From: Gemmatimonadota bacterium
Lineage (GTDB): Bacteria > Gemmatimonadota > Gemmatimonadetes > Palauibacterales > Palauibacteraceae
Direction of reading: 5' to 3'
NCBI GenBank assembly: GCA_039586095.1
Contig: JBDHLB010000009.1
Span: forward strand, 2,160 to 66,159
DNA: 64,000 nt
A model generated the notes under the pieces. The model was not told the DNA's origin, did not search any database, and saw only the letters and a list, made by a program, of their open reading frames with translations. Numbering within the stretch: the stretch's first letter is position 1; each line of letters opens with the position of its first letter. Both the position numbers and the translations under genes were made by a program. Positions 62,931-64,000 of this stretch are shown here, piece by piece.

Positions 62931-64000
62931 ATGCCCAAATCGAGCCACACGCCCGAGGCCAGGAACCCCGATTCGGGCCAGATCTCCGCTCCCCTGACCG
63001 TCGTGTTCGCCGGCCACCTCCTCCACTTCGTGGATCCACTGATCGAGTATCTGCGGTCGGACCCGCAGTACAACGTGCTCGTCGACCTGTGGAAGGGGCA
63101 CCGATTTCACGACGAGGCTTCGAGCGAGCGTTGCGTGGCTGCGGCGGATGTCATCTTCTGCGAGTGGTGTCTGGGCAACGCCGTGTGGTACTCGAAGCGC
63201 AAGCGGGCCAACCAGAAGCTGCTCCTGCGCTTCCACCGACAGGAGTTCTTCGGACGTCCACGCACCAGATACGTTCCTCAGGTCGACTGGGAGGCCGTGG
63301 ATGCGGCCATTGCCATCGCGCCCCATTTCCGAGATGAGCTACGGTCCGCAGGACTGACGGAACGGGACAAGTTCCATTTCATCCCCAACCTGTTCGATAC
63401 CGGGCGCTTCGACCGACCGAAGCCGGCCGACGCCCGTTTCCGGATCGGTGTCGTCAAGTATGCGCCGATGCGCAAGCGACCTGACGTGGTGCTCCAGATC
63501 TTCGAGCGTCTCAAAGCTACGGAACCCCGATTTCAGCTCACCTTCATCGGCCGACGTCCCGAGCAAGTGGACTGGGTCTGGAACAAACCGGCCGAGCGGG
63601 CATTCGTGAACCAGTTTCTCCGGTCTGTGGAAGCGTCGCCACACCGATCGTCCATCTCGTTCGAGGACTACACGGATGACATGCCGGCCTGGTATTCACG
63701 GTTCGGCGTCATTCTCTCGACCAGCGACTCCGAGGGCTCGCACCAGGCCGTGGCAGAGGGTATGGCCTCTGGAGCCGTGCCGGTCATCCGCGACTGGCCT
63801 GGCGCCGACAGACTGTATCCGGCCCGCTACGTGTTCTCCGACGTCGAGCAGGCCACGCGGCAGATCCTTTGGGCCACGGATCCGGACCGCTTCCCGAAGC
63901 TGTCTCGATCCGTGAAGGAGTGGGCGTCCCGATTCGATACGAGTACCGTTGCGAAGCAGATTGTGCGGCTCTTTCACGAGCCCGGAGCTCGACCGGTGGA
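62931..64000 (+). CDS. GT4-like (GT-B) glycosyltransferase, 3'-truncated by the window end
   Basis: This gene is not in the supplied track because there is no stop codon before 64000. I translated by hand from ATG 62931: MPKSSHTPEARNPDSGQISAPLTVVFAGHLLHFVDPLIEYL...RIGVVKYAPMRKRPDVVLQIFERL...FGVILSTSDSEGSHQAVAEGMASGAVPVIRDWPG (E-x7-E-type motif). An AGGAAAG lies 9-15 nt upstream. Confidence 0.75.
   Translation, partial: MPKSSHTPEARNPDSGQISAPLTVVFAGHLLHFVDPLIEYLRSDPQYNVLVDLWKGHRFHDEASSERCVAAADVIFCEWCLGNAVWYSKRKRANQKLLLRFHRQEFFGRPRTRYVPQVDWEAVDAAIAIAPHFRDELRSAGLTERDKFHFIPNLFDTGRFDRPKPADARFRIGVVKYAPMRKRPDVVLQIFERLKATEPRFQLTFIGRRPEQVDWVWNKPAERAFVNQFLRSVEASPHRSSISFEDYTDDMPAWYSRFGVILSTSDSEGSHQAVAEGMASGAVPVIRDWPGADRLYPARYVFSDVEQATRQILWATDPDRFPKLSRSVKEWASRFDTSTVAKQIVRLFHEPGARPV

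Noticed and set aside
1-64000. Search for rRNA, tRNA, CRISPR arrays, IS elements, integrases and phage genes
   Set aside because: Reading the intergenic regions by eye, I found no cloverleaf-like T-arm (GGTTCGAATCC-type) or anticodon-arm pattern. I saw no regularly spaced direct repeats and no transposase- or integrase-like translation. tRNAscan-SE, Infernal and ISEScan would be needed to confirm that these are absent.

Overview
Visibly GC-rich bacterial chromosomal window with diderm-type content: an Mla/Mce system, outer-membrane beta-barrels, lipoproteins and many Tat-signal redox enzymes. I found no rRNA, tRNA, CRISPR array, transposase or integrase. Coding density is high. Most long ORFs in the track that lie antisense to the genes below look like GC-rich shadow ORFs and were not called.

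Gene order:
- (1) Minus-strand Mla/Mce ABC operon, including a STAS-MlaE fusion.
- (2) higBA toxin-antitoxin pair with palindromic operators.
- (3) SDR-ankyrin fusion, an SRPBCC protein and a Ser/Thr kinase.
- (4) Three APC-family permeases with regulatory C-terminal fusions: one EIIA(Ntr)+TrkA_C, and two tandem Usp fusions.
- (5) Opine dehydrogenase, an OM barrel, Tat-exported flavoenzymes and a B12-type radical SAM enzyme.
- (6) A translationally coupled TPR / TIR-TM-Cys-rich / 5-TM operon. This is my top candidate for an undescribed system.
- (7) S8 protease.
- (8) ApbE-DoxX-Gfo/Idh/MocA-MFS-Gfo/Idh/MocA-DUF1080 sugar-oxidation cluster.
- (9) MMPL/RND exporter + LolA-like protein + OM barrel.
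- (10) KefC/KefG.
- (11) Two beta-lactamase-fold hydrolases and small secreted proteins with internal duplications.
- (12) From about 49 kb to the window end, a multi-operon glycopolymer/glycopeptide-like biosynthetic cluster. It holds two GT4s, a GT2, a TupA-like ATP-grasp, Ldh_2, a Cys-less AsnB-like enzyme, NTP_transf_5, an ABC exporter, an AMP-ligase, a carrier protein, an AAC(3)-like transferase and a terpenoid-cyclase-like alpha/alpha barrel.

Also noted: an intergenic mosaic at 36.1-36.25 kb made of copies of the 3' ends of two other genes in the window, and a G-rich 12-bp tandem repeat at 40.8 kb. All functional calls rest on motifs read by eye from the translations. No database search was run.
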